In this document: positions 9,532-19,120 of the stretch, in pieces
How the letters are laid out: the number at the start of each line of letters is the position of its first letter
Numbering within the stretch: the first letter of the stretch is position 1
NCBI GenBank assembly: GCA_041736175.1
Contig: JBGSUI010000131.1
Location: 1-50,175, forward strand
Origin: Oligoflexales bacterium
GTDB lineage: Bacteria; Bdellovibrionota_B; Oligoflexia; Oligoflexales; CAIYRB01
Length of the DNA: 50,175 nucleotides
Direction of reading: 5' to 3'
Made by a program: the position numbers and the translations under genes
The notes under the pieces: model-generated
Seen by the model: the letters and a program-made list of their open reading frames with translations, nothing else
Database searches by the model: none
What the model was told of the DNA's origin: nothing

Positions 9532-12500
9532 ATGACGTCCCGTCCCAAAGACGAAAAGGATCAAAGTCCCCTCCAAGTTCCCGCTGAAGAGGGACCTGGT
9601 AGCGCAATAGGACTTGAAAAATTGAGATTTTTGGGTATAGAGTCGGCCGCAGCAGTCGATCTGCATCGCGAAGCAACATCTGAGCCAGAGGGCGAGCCAC
9701 GAGCAGCCGTGAGTCCACAACAAATCTCGATCGATGCCCATTTAGAGCCTATGACGGACCCTAGTCCGGAAATTAGCTTCTATAACAAATTAAAATCAGT
9801 TTATCTCAGGTACCGCTTAAGACTCATTCTCACGGTGGTGCTTACTTTAGTAACGATGGGGGCTGGGATCTCCTGGCTTGCCTTCCAGGAGATGCGGACA
9901 AGCTACTACCAAGCCCAATTTTTTAGCGAAAAAGCTAGCAAGATGACCTTTCAACTGCAGAGCGGACGGAGTCCCAGAATCTTTTACCCAGATTTTGGTC
10001 CCTTTGACGAAGCCCTCGGCTACTCTTATATCCCAAAACTCCTGCAGGTGATCAAACCCCTAGGATTCGACATCACCGACCAAGCGCGACTGTCCCCCGA
10101 GCATTTTGTGGCGGTTCAGCAAGGAGTCTACGTCCAATACCACGAGAAACAGCAGGCTGGACTGACGATCTTTGACCGGGATGGCATACCTTTGTTTGGA
10201 TCCATGTATCCTCAGCTTTACTATGAAAAGTTCGAAGACATTCCGCCGGTTATTGTCGACACTTTAATGTTTATCGAAAATCGAGACCTTCTAAACCCTA
10301 ATTATCCCCATAAAAATCCAGTGTTGGATTTCGATCGCCTAGCCAAAGCGGGCCTTGATTTTATCATTAGTCAATTTAAAAAAGACCACGATGTCCCAGG
10401 TGGGAGCACCTTGGCAACTCAGATCGAAAAATACCGCCACTCCCCCGAAGGCAGAACCTCAGGAGTTCAAGAAAAACTCCGGCAGATGGTTTCGGCTACT
10501 TACCGGGCCTACCTCGATGGACCTAACACCCTCGAGACAAGGCGACGGATCATTACAGACTATGTCAACTCAGTACCCCTTGGGGCTGTTCCGGGGGCTG
10601 GCGAGATCAGGGGCGTCGGCCATGGACTCGCCGCCTGGCATGGGGCAAAGTTTTCTGAAGTCAACCAGCTCCTCTGGGACTACACCAAAAACCCGACTAA
10701 AGATCCTGAAATCCTCAAGCGTCAGGCCTTAGCCTATAAGGAAATCTTATCGCTGTTTCTGTCCCAAAGACGCCCTGCCTATTATCTCCAGTCTAATCGA
10801 GAAGCTCTCAAACAATTGACTCGGAAGCATCTGGGGGTCCTCCGTAAGGAAGGCATCCTGAACCAAGACCTCTACAACCAACTCCAGGCGACGGAGCTGA
10901 CCTTTCGCAACAACATGATTATGTTTCAACCCGAACGCCTCAACTTTATCGAACGCAAGGGAGCCAATTCCATCCGCATCCACCTGCTCGGACTTTTTGG
11001 CTTTAAAAAGCTTTATACACTCGACAGGTTTGACCTAGCGATTAAATCCACCCTAGAAATCGGTGCCCAACGGGATATCACAGAGTTGATGCAAAAGCTA
11101 AAAAGTCGCGAATTTACGGCAGCAAACGGCCTTGCGGATCACCGCCTCCTCGCTAAGGGCAATCCCGCAGATGTCATCTACAGCCTCACGCTCAGCGAAA
11201 GAGTCGGTTCCACCAATGTGCTGCGGGTCCAGGCCGACAATATCGATGGTCCTTTTAATGTCAACGAAGGAGGTAAACTAGAGCTTGGTTCTACCGCTAA
11301 GTTGCGCACGCTTATCAGCTACCTCCAGGTGATCGAAAGCAATTGGCAGGCTTTTCGCACCCTTTCTATAGCCCAGCTCCAAGCCTATCATCCTCCCCCC
11401 CAGGACCATCTCTCCCAATGGGTCAAACAATGGCTGTTAACGGCACCGGAAAAAAACCTCAGTGAGCTTTTGTCTGCTGCCATGGACCGGACCTATAGCG
11501 CCAACCCCGGAGAGGCTTTTTTTACGGGAAGTGGAGTCCATCATTTCTCAAACTTTAACAAAGATGATAACAGCCGCTCGGTAACCGTACGCGAGGCGAT
11601 TCGAAAGTCTATAAACCTGCCCTTTATTCGCATGATGCGAGATATTATCGCCTACTATTCGGCAAGGATCCCCGGATCAGATCAGATGTTTACCCGATTT
11701 GATCACCCAGATCGGGTCAAATATCTAAAACGATTTGCACTCAGTGAGGGAAGGCTTTTTTTAGGACGCTTTTATCTCCAATATCGAGGACTCAGCCCCC
11801 AGGATACCCTCAAAAAGCTTTTTTTAAGGACCAAGCTAACACCAAGAAAAATCGCCGTGATCGATTCCATGATCCGACCCAACGCGGCGTTTGAGGACTT
11901 TCAAGAGATTCTTAACGCCGAACTCCCCCTGCATAAATCGAGCGAAAAAGCCTTACAAGGGATCTATCAGGATATCTATAAAGGAAACTATAATCTCCAA
12001 GACCGTGGCTATATCGCCGGGGTCCATCCCCTCGAACTCTGGCTTGTAGCCCACCGGATTCAAAATCCCCAATCCACTTTTGATCAGGTCATGAAGGGGA
12101 GTGTCCAAGCTCGGCAAGAGGCCTACCACTGGCTCTTTTCTAGCAAAGACAAACTCAAACAGGACCGCAGGATTAAAATCATGCTAGAGCAAGAGGCTTT
12201 TGGGTCGTTGCATCAAACATGGAAACAATTAGGCTATCCCTTTGAGAGTTTGAAACCAACCTATGCGACCGCCCTGGGGAGTTCTGGTGACAAACCAGCG
12301 GCCCTCGCGGAGCTGATGTCGGTGCTTTCGAGTGGAGGCTACCGCTACTCCCAGTCTCGGATCACAGAGCTGCACTTTGCGAGCAAGACTCCCTTTGAGA
12401 CCATCGCTCGGTACCAGCCCTCAAGCGGAGTCCGAGTGCTTTCGGAAGAACTCTCCCAGGAGGTTCGCGCCGCGCTCCAGTCTGTTGTGGAGAGCGGCAC

Positions 12501-12816
12501 AGCAATCCGGCTCAAAGGAGTCTTTAAGAATCTCCAGGGCCAGCCCCTGCCTGTGGGCGGCAAAACTGGGACCGGCGACAACCGCTACTCCATCCATGCT
12601 CCTGGGGGTCGGGTTATCGAATCCAAAGCCCTGTCGCGCACCGCCACCTTTGTGTTTTTTATAGGCGACCGATTCACAGGGTCAATCACCGCCTATGTCC
12701 CAACAGGCAGCGCCGAAAATTTTGACTTTACCAGCGCTCTACCGGTACAGATTCTAAAAATCCTTGCCCCTAAACTTCAGCCGGTGATTAATCGTAGCCT
12801 CAAACAGGACTCCTGA
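9532..12816 (+). CDS. Large class A PBP-like protein (GT51 transglycosylase plus transpeptidase domain with insertions)
   Basis: TM near aa 95-117; IENR and GGSTLATQIEK transglycosylase motifs; STAK (S587), SIN (S693), KTG (K1011). Confidence 0.85.
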   Translation: MTSRPKDEKDQSPLQVPAEEGPGSAIGLEKLRFLGIESAAAVDLHREATSEPEGEPRAAVSPQQISIDAHLEPMTDPSPEISFYNKLKSVYLRYRLRLILTVVLTLVTMGAGISWLAFQEMRTSYYQAQFFSEKASKMTFQLQSGRSPRIFYPDFGPFDEALGYSYIPKLLQVIKPLGFDITDQARLSPEHFVAVQQGVYVQYHEKQQAGLTIFDRDGIPLFGSMYPQLYYEKFEDIPPVIVDTLMFIENRDLLNPNYPHKNPVLDFDRLAKAGLDFIISQFKKDHDVPGGSTLATQIEKYRHSPEGRTSGVQEKLRQMVSATYRAYLDGPNTLETRRRIITDYVNSVPLGAVPGAGEIRGVGHGLAAWHGAKFSEVNQLLWDYTKNPTKDPEILKRQALAYKEILSLFLSQRRPAYYLQSNREALKQLTRKHLGVLRKEGILNQDLYNQLQATELTFRNNMIMFQPERLNFIERKGANSIRIHLLGLFGFKKLYTLDRFDLAIKSTLEIGAQRDITELMQKLKSREFTAANGLADHRLLAKGNPADVIYSLTLSERVGSTNVLRVQADNIDGPFNVNEGGKLELGSTAKLRTLISYLQVIESNWQAFRTLSIAQLQAYHPPPQDHLSQWVKQWLLTAPEKNLSELLSAAMDRTYSANPGEAFFTGSGVHHFSNFNKDDNSRSVTVREAIRKSINLPFIRMMRDIIAYYSARIPGSDQMFTRFDHPDRVKYLKRFALSEGRLFLGRFYLQYRGLSPQDTLKKLFLRTKLTPRKIAVIDSMIRPNAAFEDFQEILNAELPLHKSSEKALQGIYQDIYKGNYNLQDRGYIAGVHPLELWLVAHRIQNPQSTFDQVMKGSVQARQEAYHWLFSSKDKLKQDRRIKIMLEQEAFGSLHQTWKQLGYPFESLKPTYATALGSSGDKPAALAELMSVLSSGGYRYSQSRITELHFASKTPFETIARYQPSSGVRVLSEELSQEVRAALQSVVESGTAIRLKGVFKNLQGQPLPVGGKTGTGDNRYSIHAPGGRVIESKALSRTATFVFFIGDRFTGSITAYVPTGSAENFDFTSALPVQILKILAPKLQPVINRSLKQDS

Positions 12817-12954
12817 GGGTGGTTCGTAATTCCAGCAAGTCCGGCTATCCGATCTTGCTGAATCTATTACTTTTTAAAGCGACTTTTGGATTTTGCTGAA
12901 GAATCCGACCGAACAAGCCGATAAATCTCCTACAGACTAGACGGGAGGTTCTCT

Positions 12955-14286
12955 ATGCTTAAAAAGACGGATGCTGTAGGTTCACTTATTTTCGTTCTCT
13001 CTATCCTGGGGTGCGCCAGCGATACCCATTTTGAGGGTCAATCTAAAACTCGGCGGAGCGACCGGGACGGCAGCCAAAGCGTGCCCCCTGGCCCGGCTCC
13101 CCGCCCTAGTCCAGGCCCAGGCTCTGGACCTTCACCCATTTCCAAGGAGGTGCCATCAACGCCTGCTCCCCCTGCTTCCCCTGCTCCATCGGAGCCCGCG
13201 CTGGAGCCAAAGATCCTTATCGAAGACGATGCTACCGAATACTTTGTCATACCAGCCGATAAAGAGGAAGGCAATCTTACAGAGACTCCTAAACAGGAAA
13301 TCCCTACCCCCGCTACCAACAAGGTACAAACCTATGTTTTTGGCGAAGATGCTTACCCCTACGACTATATCCTTGTGATCGATAACTCGTCATCCATGGC
13401 GACCATCACGGATAAGGTTAAAAATGGGTTTAAATCTATCCTGACGACACCCAATGTCTTTCCGCCCCTCGCTCGGATCGCTGTCATGTCAACCATGACA
13501 GGAGCTAGCGATAACCTCAGTCTCACAGGTCTAGGTATCTCCAAATACTTGGGGATTGAGTATGAGCCAGGTTTTTTAGACTTTATCAACAAAGCTTCCA
13601 TCGTCCAATACAAGGCTAAAGTCACCCCTTTTGCGACCCGCTGGCCTCTCGAAGGGTGCGACCAAAAATGGTTTGAGCCCACAGCCAAAGATTCCCAGGG
13701 TGAATATTGCCTTACCAGCACTCTCCAGACCACTGGCTATGGCGTGGGCGCCGAAGCAGGAATTCGGGCCTTTAAGCAGCTTATCCAAAAAAATATAAAC
13801 ACAACACTTTTTCGTCCCCAGGCAATCGTCAATGTGATTTTTGTGTCAGACACCCATGACCCTGGAACAGATTTTTTAGATACCAATGTGCCATCCTATC
13901 CCGAAATCAACGCTCTTGTTGGCCAGTCAAATAAAATTAAATCCTTAAGGTTTAATGCCATCGCCCCCGATGCCCCTTGTCCTAACTCTGTAGAAAAGGT
14001 CTACACTAAATCCTATTTTGCGATCACCGACGCTTCGATGGGCCAAAAGGCAGATGTCTGTACCTTAGCGGACTATAGTGGTTTCTTACAAAAACTGATC
14101 TTGGCCAGTAAGACTCTAGAGCCTAAGTTTCCCTTGGATTCCCCGGCTAGCAAGATCAACAAAGTCACGGTGGATGATATAGAAATCCTCACCTATACTC
14201 TCAGCCCGACTAAGGACTCGATCATCATCGATGGTCTAGACCCCAAAAAAGTTTCTAGGATTAAAGTGGACTATTGGGCTCTTTAA
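12955..14286 (+). CDS. Lipoprotein with Pro-rich linker and VWA-like domain
   Basis: Lipobox LSILGC; MIDAS-like VIDNSSSM and VIFVSD; GGAGG RBS. Confidence 0.75.
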   Translation: MLKKTDAVGSLIFVLSILGCASDTHFEGQSKTRRSDRDGSQSVPPGPAPRPSPGPGSGPSPISKEVPSTPAPPASPAPSEPALEPKILIEDDATEYFVIPADKEEGNLTETPKQEIPTPATNKVQTYVFGEDAYPYDYILVIDNSSSMATITDKVKNGFKSILTTPNVFPPLARIAVMSTMTGASDNLSLTGLGISKYLGIEYEPGFLDFINKASIVQYKAKVTPFATRWPLEGCDQKWFEPTAKDSQGEYCLTSTLQTTGYGVGAEAGIRAFKQLIQKNINTTLFRPQAIVNVIFVSDTHDPGTDFLDTNVPSYPEINALVGQSNKIKSLRFNAIAPDAPCPNSVEKVYTKSYFAITDASMGQKADVCTLADYSGFLQKLILASKTLEPKFPLDSPASKINKVTVDDIEILTYTLSPTKDSIIIDGLDPKKVSRIKVDYWAL

Positions 14287-14301
14287 ACAACTACTTTAGT
14301 A

Positions 14302-14586
14302 TTAAAACACTGGTCCACCTGACAGTGGTGCTTCTTCGGGGCTGTCTCCCTCAGGAACCGCTACCTGCTGCTTGCGGTAGCTCTTAACCAGCAGATAGAT
14401 CAAACCACCCATAGCACAGAGAGGTACCAGGGAGAGGACGATGGTGGAACCAATAAAAACATCCGAAGTGGCATCCAAGGGGCCGCCACCGCAGACCGCA
14501 CAGGACCATGCAGGGTCGGAAAAAACAAGAGTTAAGGAGGCAAGAAGAACCCTAGTCCAAACTCTGGTATGAATTGGACGGTCCAT
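14302..14586 (-). CDS. Small membrane protein with CxxC motif, last gene of oxidase cluster
   Basis: Signal peptide ending AWS, CAVC, one TM helix; 9 bp downstream of subunit III'. Confidence 0.7.
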   Translation of the reverse strand: MDRPIHTRVWTRVLLASLTLVFSDPAWSCAVCGGGPLDATSDVFIGSTIVLSLVPLCAMGGLIYLLVKSYRKQQVAVPEGDSPEEAPLSGGPVF

Positions 14587-14595
14587 CGTCCCACC

Positions 14596-15216
14596 TTAGT
14601 TAAAATAAACCGTACCAAACAAAACGGGCCATACGGCCACTACGAAAAGCCAGAAGATGGCCATAGCACGAAGTTGGGCTAGAGTTGCCGTCTGGCGTTT
14701 GATTTTGGGCCACAGGGCCGCCATCACCAGGAGGGCCCCGATGGCATGGGCCCCATGACTGCCGATCAGGAGAAAAAAGGTAGCACTAAACAACCCGGCA
14801 CTGATCGTAAACCCAAGGTTGATCAACTTGATCCACTCGTAGCCCTGGACCGCCACAAATAAGGCCCCCATAAGCATCGCTTGGGTGTAGAGCTGCGCGG
14901 CTCGCTCTCGGGTCTTGGGATCGCGGTAGCGGCGCTCGGAAGCGATAAGACTGAGGCCACTCCCCAGCAGGATCAGGGTGTTAACTGCCGTCACCACGAC
15001 GGGTAGGCGGACATCCTCAGGGGGAACCCATAGGCTAAAAGCCCTCGATTTCACGACAAAATAAGCGCTCAGAAGCGCTAAAAAGAACATCAACTCCGTA
15101 ATCACAAGGACTAGGGTCGCAAAAACCTCGGGTGGTAGTAGAGGAGCCGCACGGCGCGCTCCCGGAACCCGTAAGGCTGGTGGCACTAACCGAGCTGGAG
15201 TGGCGATAAGGGTCAT
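14596..15216 (-). CDS. ctaE: Heme-copper oxidase subunit III paralog (short form)
   Basis: TELMFF..L.SAY, NTLILLGSG, QGYEW, GSHGAH motifs. Confidence 0.85.
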   Translation of the reverse strand: MTLIATPARLVPPALRVPGARRAAPLLPPEVFATLVLVITELMFFLALLSAYFVVKSRAFSLWVPPEDVRLPVVVTAVNTLILLGSGLSLIASERRYRDPKTRERAAQLYTQAMLMGALFVAVQGYEWIKLINLGFTISAGLFSATFFLLIGSHGAHAIGALLVMAALWPKIKRQTATLAQLRAMAIFWLFVVAVWPVLFGTVYFN

Positions 15217-15245
15217 CCTAAAATCCTCAAAAATGAGCCGAATGC

Positions 15246-15653
15246 TCAGTGGTGCTCGCCACTCTCTCCCAGCTTTTTAATCTCTTCAAGGCTTTTTTCG
15301 ATATATTGAAACCTAGCCACGTTGACCCAATTTGTCCCCTGAAGTCGGTGGATATCAGCCGCTGTACCAGCAAAGAAGAGGCCCACCATAGCTAACATAC
15401 CTAAGAGCATATAGGTGATAAATCTCTTTTCGATCTTAAGGTGCATAAAGTAGCCTGCCACAATCACGGCCTTGACGACCGCCACACCAAAGGCTGTGAT
15501 CAAGGTGAGCATGGGGTGTTCCAACATTGGCCCTAAAATACTCACGATCAAAAGGAACATCAAAAGCGCCCATATCTTGACGTAAAAACCAGGTCCATGA
15601 TGGGGACCCTGGTGATCGTCTTGCGGGGCATGGGCAATGGTTGTTGAGGCCAT
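15246..15653 (-). CDS. ctaF: Cytochrome c oxidase subunit IV family protein
   Basis: Three TM helices, KAVIVAGYFMHLKIE signature. Confidence 0.85.
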   Translation of the reverse strand: MASTTIAHAPQDDHQGPHHGPGFYVKIWALLMFLLIVSILGPMLEHPMLTLITAFGVAVVKAVIVAGYFMHLKIEKRFITYMLLGMLAMVGLFFAGTAADIHRLQGTNWVNVARFQYIEKSLEEIKKLGESGEHH

Positions 15654-15677
15654 GATGGGAATCTCCAGATGGGTCGA

Positions 15678-16259
15678 TTACTTGGCAATATAAAGTAAGG
15701 GAAACAAAAAGATCCAAACGATATCGACAAAATGCCAATAAAGTCCCACCAGCTCTACCCGCTGTAGATTGCGGCCTTTAAGGACATCAAAGGACACAAT
15801 CGCCATGGCCACCATTCCGGCGATCACATGGCTCGCGTGAATGCCAGCAGCCGTATAGTAGAAAGACCAAAAGAGGTTTGAAGGCAACGTATACCCTTTT
15901 GAGATTTCCATGGTCCATTCCACAGACTTAATCATCAAAAAGGTCAAACCACCACCGATGGTCAGCCAGAGGTAAATAAAGGCTTTTCCCCCCTGTTTAG
16001 ATTCTGCCGCCTGGTGAGCTAGGACCACTAGAAGGCTCGATGTGAGGAGGACAAAGGTGTTGACGGCACCAAAAACTGTGTTGGTGTGGGATGCAGCCAC
16101 GTGCCAGTGGTCGTAGGAATGCCTAAACAGCAAATAGCACATCAAAAGGCCGCCAAAGATCACAATTTCTGAGCCTAACAGCCACCACATGGCAAGCCGG
16201 CCAGTAGGGATTCCCGATGCTCTGCGGCGCGTTGCGATTGGTTGTGCATAAGTTGCCAC
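15678..16259 (-). CDS. ctaE: Heme-copper oxidase subunit III (short form)
   Basis: MWWLLGSE, NTFVLLTSS, GIHASHV, GLYWHFVDIVW. Confidence 0.92.
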   Translation of the reverse strand: MATYAQPIATRRRASGIPTGRLAMWWLLGSEIVIFGGLLMCYLLFRHSYDHWHVAASHTNTVFGAVNTFVLLTSSLLVVLAHQAAESKQGGKAFIYLWLTIGGGLTFLMIKSVEWTMEISKGYTLPSNLFWSFYYTAAGIHASHVIAGMVAMAIVSFDVLKGRNLQRVELVGLYWHFVDIVWIFLFPLLYIAK

Positions 16260-16352
16260 TTATTTTATTCCTCATTCTAAAGTTACAAGACTCAACCAGG
16301 GAGGGGGGGAAGGGGCACCATAAGCCCTCGTCCCTAGGCCTAGACCTACTCC

Positions 16353-18059
16353 TTAGACAGGTTCGTTTTGAGGCCAGTAATCTTTGGCCCGGTTTGGGGT
16401 GCTGTATTCATAGGGACCACGGTAGCAGTTCGGTAATACGGCAAAGTTGCCATGGGGTGGAGGTGAAGGGGCAGACCATTCCAAGGTATTGGCCAACCAG
16501 GGGTTGTTGTCCACTTTTTTCCCTTTAAAGATACTCCAAAATAGGTTGATAAAAAAGACCACCTGGACCAAGAGCGCCACAATCAGAGCATAGGTAGCAA
16601 AGATCCGAATATCTTGGAGGTAGGGTTTTGCCGAGTCAGGAAACAACAGGTAGCTATAAATCCGACGATGGTCGCCTGAAGCTCCTAAGAAAAAGAGGGG
16701 GATAAAAATCAAGTTAAAGGGAATCACCGTCCCCCAAAAGTGGATCTTGCCAAGGGTTTCGTTCATAACCCGACCGGTGTACTTTGGAAACCAGTAGTAG
16801 ACTCCCGCAAAGACGGCAATGATCGCGATCGGGACAAAAGTATAGTGGAAGTGGGCAAGGACAAAGTAGGTATCATGGAAATAGATATCGCTTCCACTAG
16901 CACCTAGAAAGATTCCGGTCACGCCGCCGATCAAAAATTCTGCCATAAAAGCCAGGGCAAACAGCATGGCGGTCGAGAAGGTAATGGAGCCACCAAAGAG
17001 GGTGGCAATATAGACAAAACACATCTCGGCGATGGGAATGGAAATCAGCACCGTGGTCACGGTAAATACGTTGGCCATCCGTGGATCGATCCCGGAAATA
17101 AACTGGTGGTGAGCCCATACAAAAAAGCTAAGAACACCGGTGGCGATGGCCGTGAAGAGGACCGTTTTATAGGCAAAGAGTTTTTTGCGAGAAAACACCA
17201 CCATCACTTCGGCAACAATGCCCATAGCTGGTAGCAACACGACGTAGACTTCCGGATGTCCAAAAAACCAAAAAAGATGCTGCCAGAGGACTGGGTCGCC
17301 GCCACGGGTGGGGTCAAAAAAAGCGGTGCCCAACTGCTGATCAAACAGCAGCATAATGGCGCCAGCAACCAGAGGTCCTACGGAAGCCATAAACAAAATG
17401 CTAGCGATGACGATAAACCAAACGACGATGGGGATATCGTACATCTTCATCCCTGGTGACCTTGAGTTCATAAGGGTCGTGATGAAGTTGATCCCGCCGA
17501 TCAAAAAGGCCACAAACTCCAGGGCGACGGCCACCACCCATAGGGTTGACCCCCAAGGGGTCATATTGTAGGCAGCCTTAGCCGAAAGGGGAGGATAGGC
17601 CGTCCAAGCACCCCCGAAACCCCCACCGGGAACAAAAAAGGTACTGATAAGGATCAAGGCACTCAGAAAAAAGATCTGGAAGGAAAGTCGATTGAGCCGC
17701 GGAAAAACCATATCGTCACAGCCGATCATCAGCGGAATCAAAAAGTTTCCAAAGGCCGCAACCAAGACGGGCATCGCAAACCAAAAGATCATAATGGTGC
17801 CATGATTGGTGATCAGCGAGTTGTAAACATCAGGCGTCACATAGCCAAATCCAGGGACCGACTGGCCGGGAAAAGACTGCTGCATCCTAAAGACATAAGA
17901 CATAAGAGCGCCAAGGACTCCTAGGGCCACTCCCGTAAAAAAATATTGAAGACCAATCACTTTATGATCCAGGGAAAAAACGTACTTGGACCAAAAGCTT
18001 TGGTGGTGGTGATCATGGTCTGCCGCGTGACCGGAGGCCGCTTCAACATGTTGAGCCAT
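16353..18059 (-). CDS. ctaD: Heme-copper oxidase subunit I, A-family-like with atypical proton channels
   Basis: NHG, GHPEVY (H268/E270/Y272), WAHH (H317/H318), HFH (H403/H405), HD and RR motifs; about 12 TM helices. Confidence 0.96.
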   Translation of the reverse strand: MAQHVEAASGHAADHDHHHQSFWSKYVFSLDHKVIGLQYFFTGVALGVLGALMSYVFRMQQSFPGQSVPGFGYVTPDVYNSLITNHGTIMIFWFAMPVLVAAFGNFLIPLMIGCDDMVFPRLNRLSFQIFFLSALILISTFFVPGGGFGGAWTAYPPLSAKAAYNMTPWGSTLWVVAVALEFVAFLIGGINFITTLMNSRSPGMKMYDIPIVVWFIVIASILFMASVGPLVAGAIMLLFDQQLGTAFFDPTRGGDPVLWQHLFWFFGHPEVYVVLLPAMGIVAEVMVVFSRKKLFAYKTVLFTAIATGVLSFFVWAHHQFISGIDPRMANVFTVTTVLISIPIAEMCFVYIATLFGGSITFSTAMLFALAFMAEFLIGGVTGIFLGASGSDIYFHDTYFVLAHFHYTFVPIAIIAVFAGVYYWFPKYTGRVMNETLGKIHFWGTVIPFNLIFIPLFFLGASGDHRRIYSYLLFPDSAKPYLQDIRIFATYALIVALLVQVVFFINLFWSIFKGKKVDNNPWLANTLEWSAPSPPPHGNFAVLPNCYRGPYEYSTPNRAKDYWPQNEPV

Positions 18060-18250
18060 CGATTGACTTTCCTCTCTTTGTCTCCACCGAGACCCACAAA
18101 CACCCCCACTTTGTGAGGACTATCCATGATACCTAGGGAGATCGCTTCCGATTACTTTTTGAAATCTCGCCGCCAGGAAATATGATTCCCCTAAAACTCT
18201 ACACCGTTCAACAAAAAACACAAAAAATATAAAATCAAAGCTCGTTGAAA

Positions 18251-18916
18251 CTATCCCGATTTTTGGGTCTGTAACCAGGTGGCATGGTCTGCTTCGGACT
18301 CCACCACAAGCTTTGCCGGCATCAGGCCATGGCCGATACCGCAGATTTCTGTGCATTGGATATCAAAGGTTCCCGCCTTGCTGGGTTTAAACCACCCTGT
18401 GATCTCTCGACCCGGGACAGCATCTTGCTTGAGGCGAAAGGTCGGTATGGAAAAACTATGCATCACATCGTCTGACCGGAGTTTAAAGTGATAGGTCGTA
18501 TTCACTTTTAGATGCAACTCGTCAAGGCTTTCGACGTCGTCTTCGGTTCCCAGCTTTTTGTCGGGACCTGGATGGGCAAAGACCCAGGCCCATTGGCGGG
18601 CCGTGACACCGATGGTCTCATCGGCCTGGGGCAAATCCTGTTTGACCCCAAACCATACTTTGATCGCTAAGGCGATAATGATCACGTCACAGATTAGGAC
18701 TGCATTGTGAGGAATATGAATCCACTTCATCTCCTCCTTTTTTTCGCCGGTGATATACATGGCTTTTGGATGGGCTCCTTTGCGGAACCGCCAACAAAAG
18801 TAAAAAAACACCCCCTCAGCAACCAACAACCAAAACCCCGTAAAGGCAGCGATCACAAGGATTAGTGTGTCGATGTCTCCGGCAAAGGTCGAAGCAGACT
18901 GTATCATCCATTCCAT
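18251..18916 (-). CDS. ctaC: Cytochrome c oxidase subunit II (CuA)
   Basis: Two TM helices, QWAW, DVMHSF, CTEICGIGHGLM CuA motif. Confidence 0.95.
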   Translation of the reverse strand: MEWMIQSASTFAGDIDTLILVIAAFTGFWLLVAEGVFFYFCWRFRKGAHPKAMYITGEKKEEMKWIHIPHNAVLICDVIIIALAIKVWFGVKQDLPQADETIGVTARQWAWVFAHPGPDKKLGTEDDVESLDELHLKVNTTYHFKLRSDDVMHSFSIPTFRLKQDAVPGREITGWFKPSKAGTFDIQCTEICGIGHGLMPAKLVVESEADHATWLQTQKSG

Positions 18917-19120
18917 TCGTGGTGTGACTCCTAATCAGTGTATAAAAACGAAAACAACGGCCGAAAAAACAATGGCACCCACCATGACTATATAAAACAA
19001 TTTTTCTGCCAGTCGGTCGCTTTCGTCTTTGGTTTCTAGCTTGCTCATCTTTAACCCCAGAGATCAATTATTACAAAGGATTCCAAAAACAATCTTTAAT
19101 TTAACTAGGGGAGCCCCTTA

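Noticed and set aside
16353..18059. Calling subunit I a nitric oxide reductase because of the extra glutamates
   Set aside because: The cross-linking Tyr (HPEVY), D-channel core and subunits III/IV are retained, which fits an A-family O2 reductase scaffold; NO activity remains only a hypothesis
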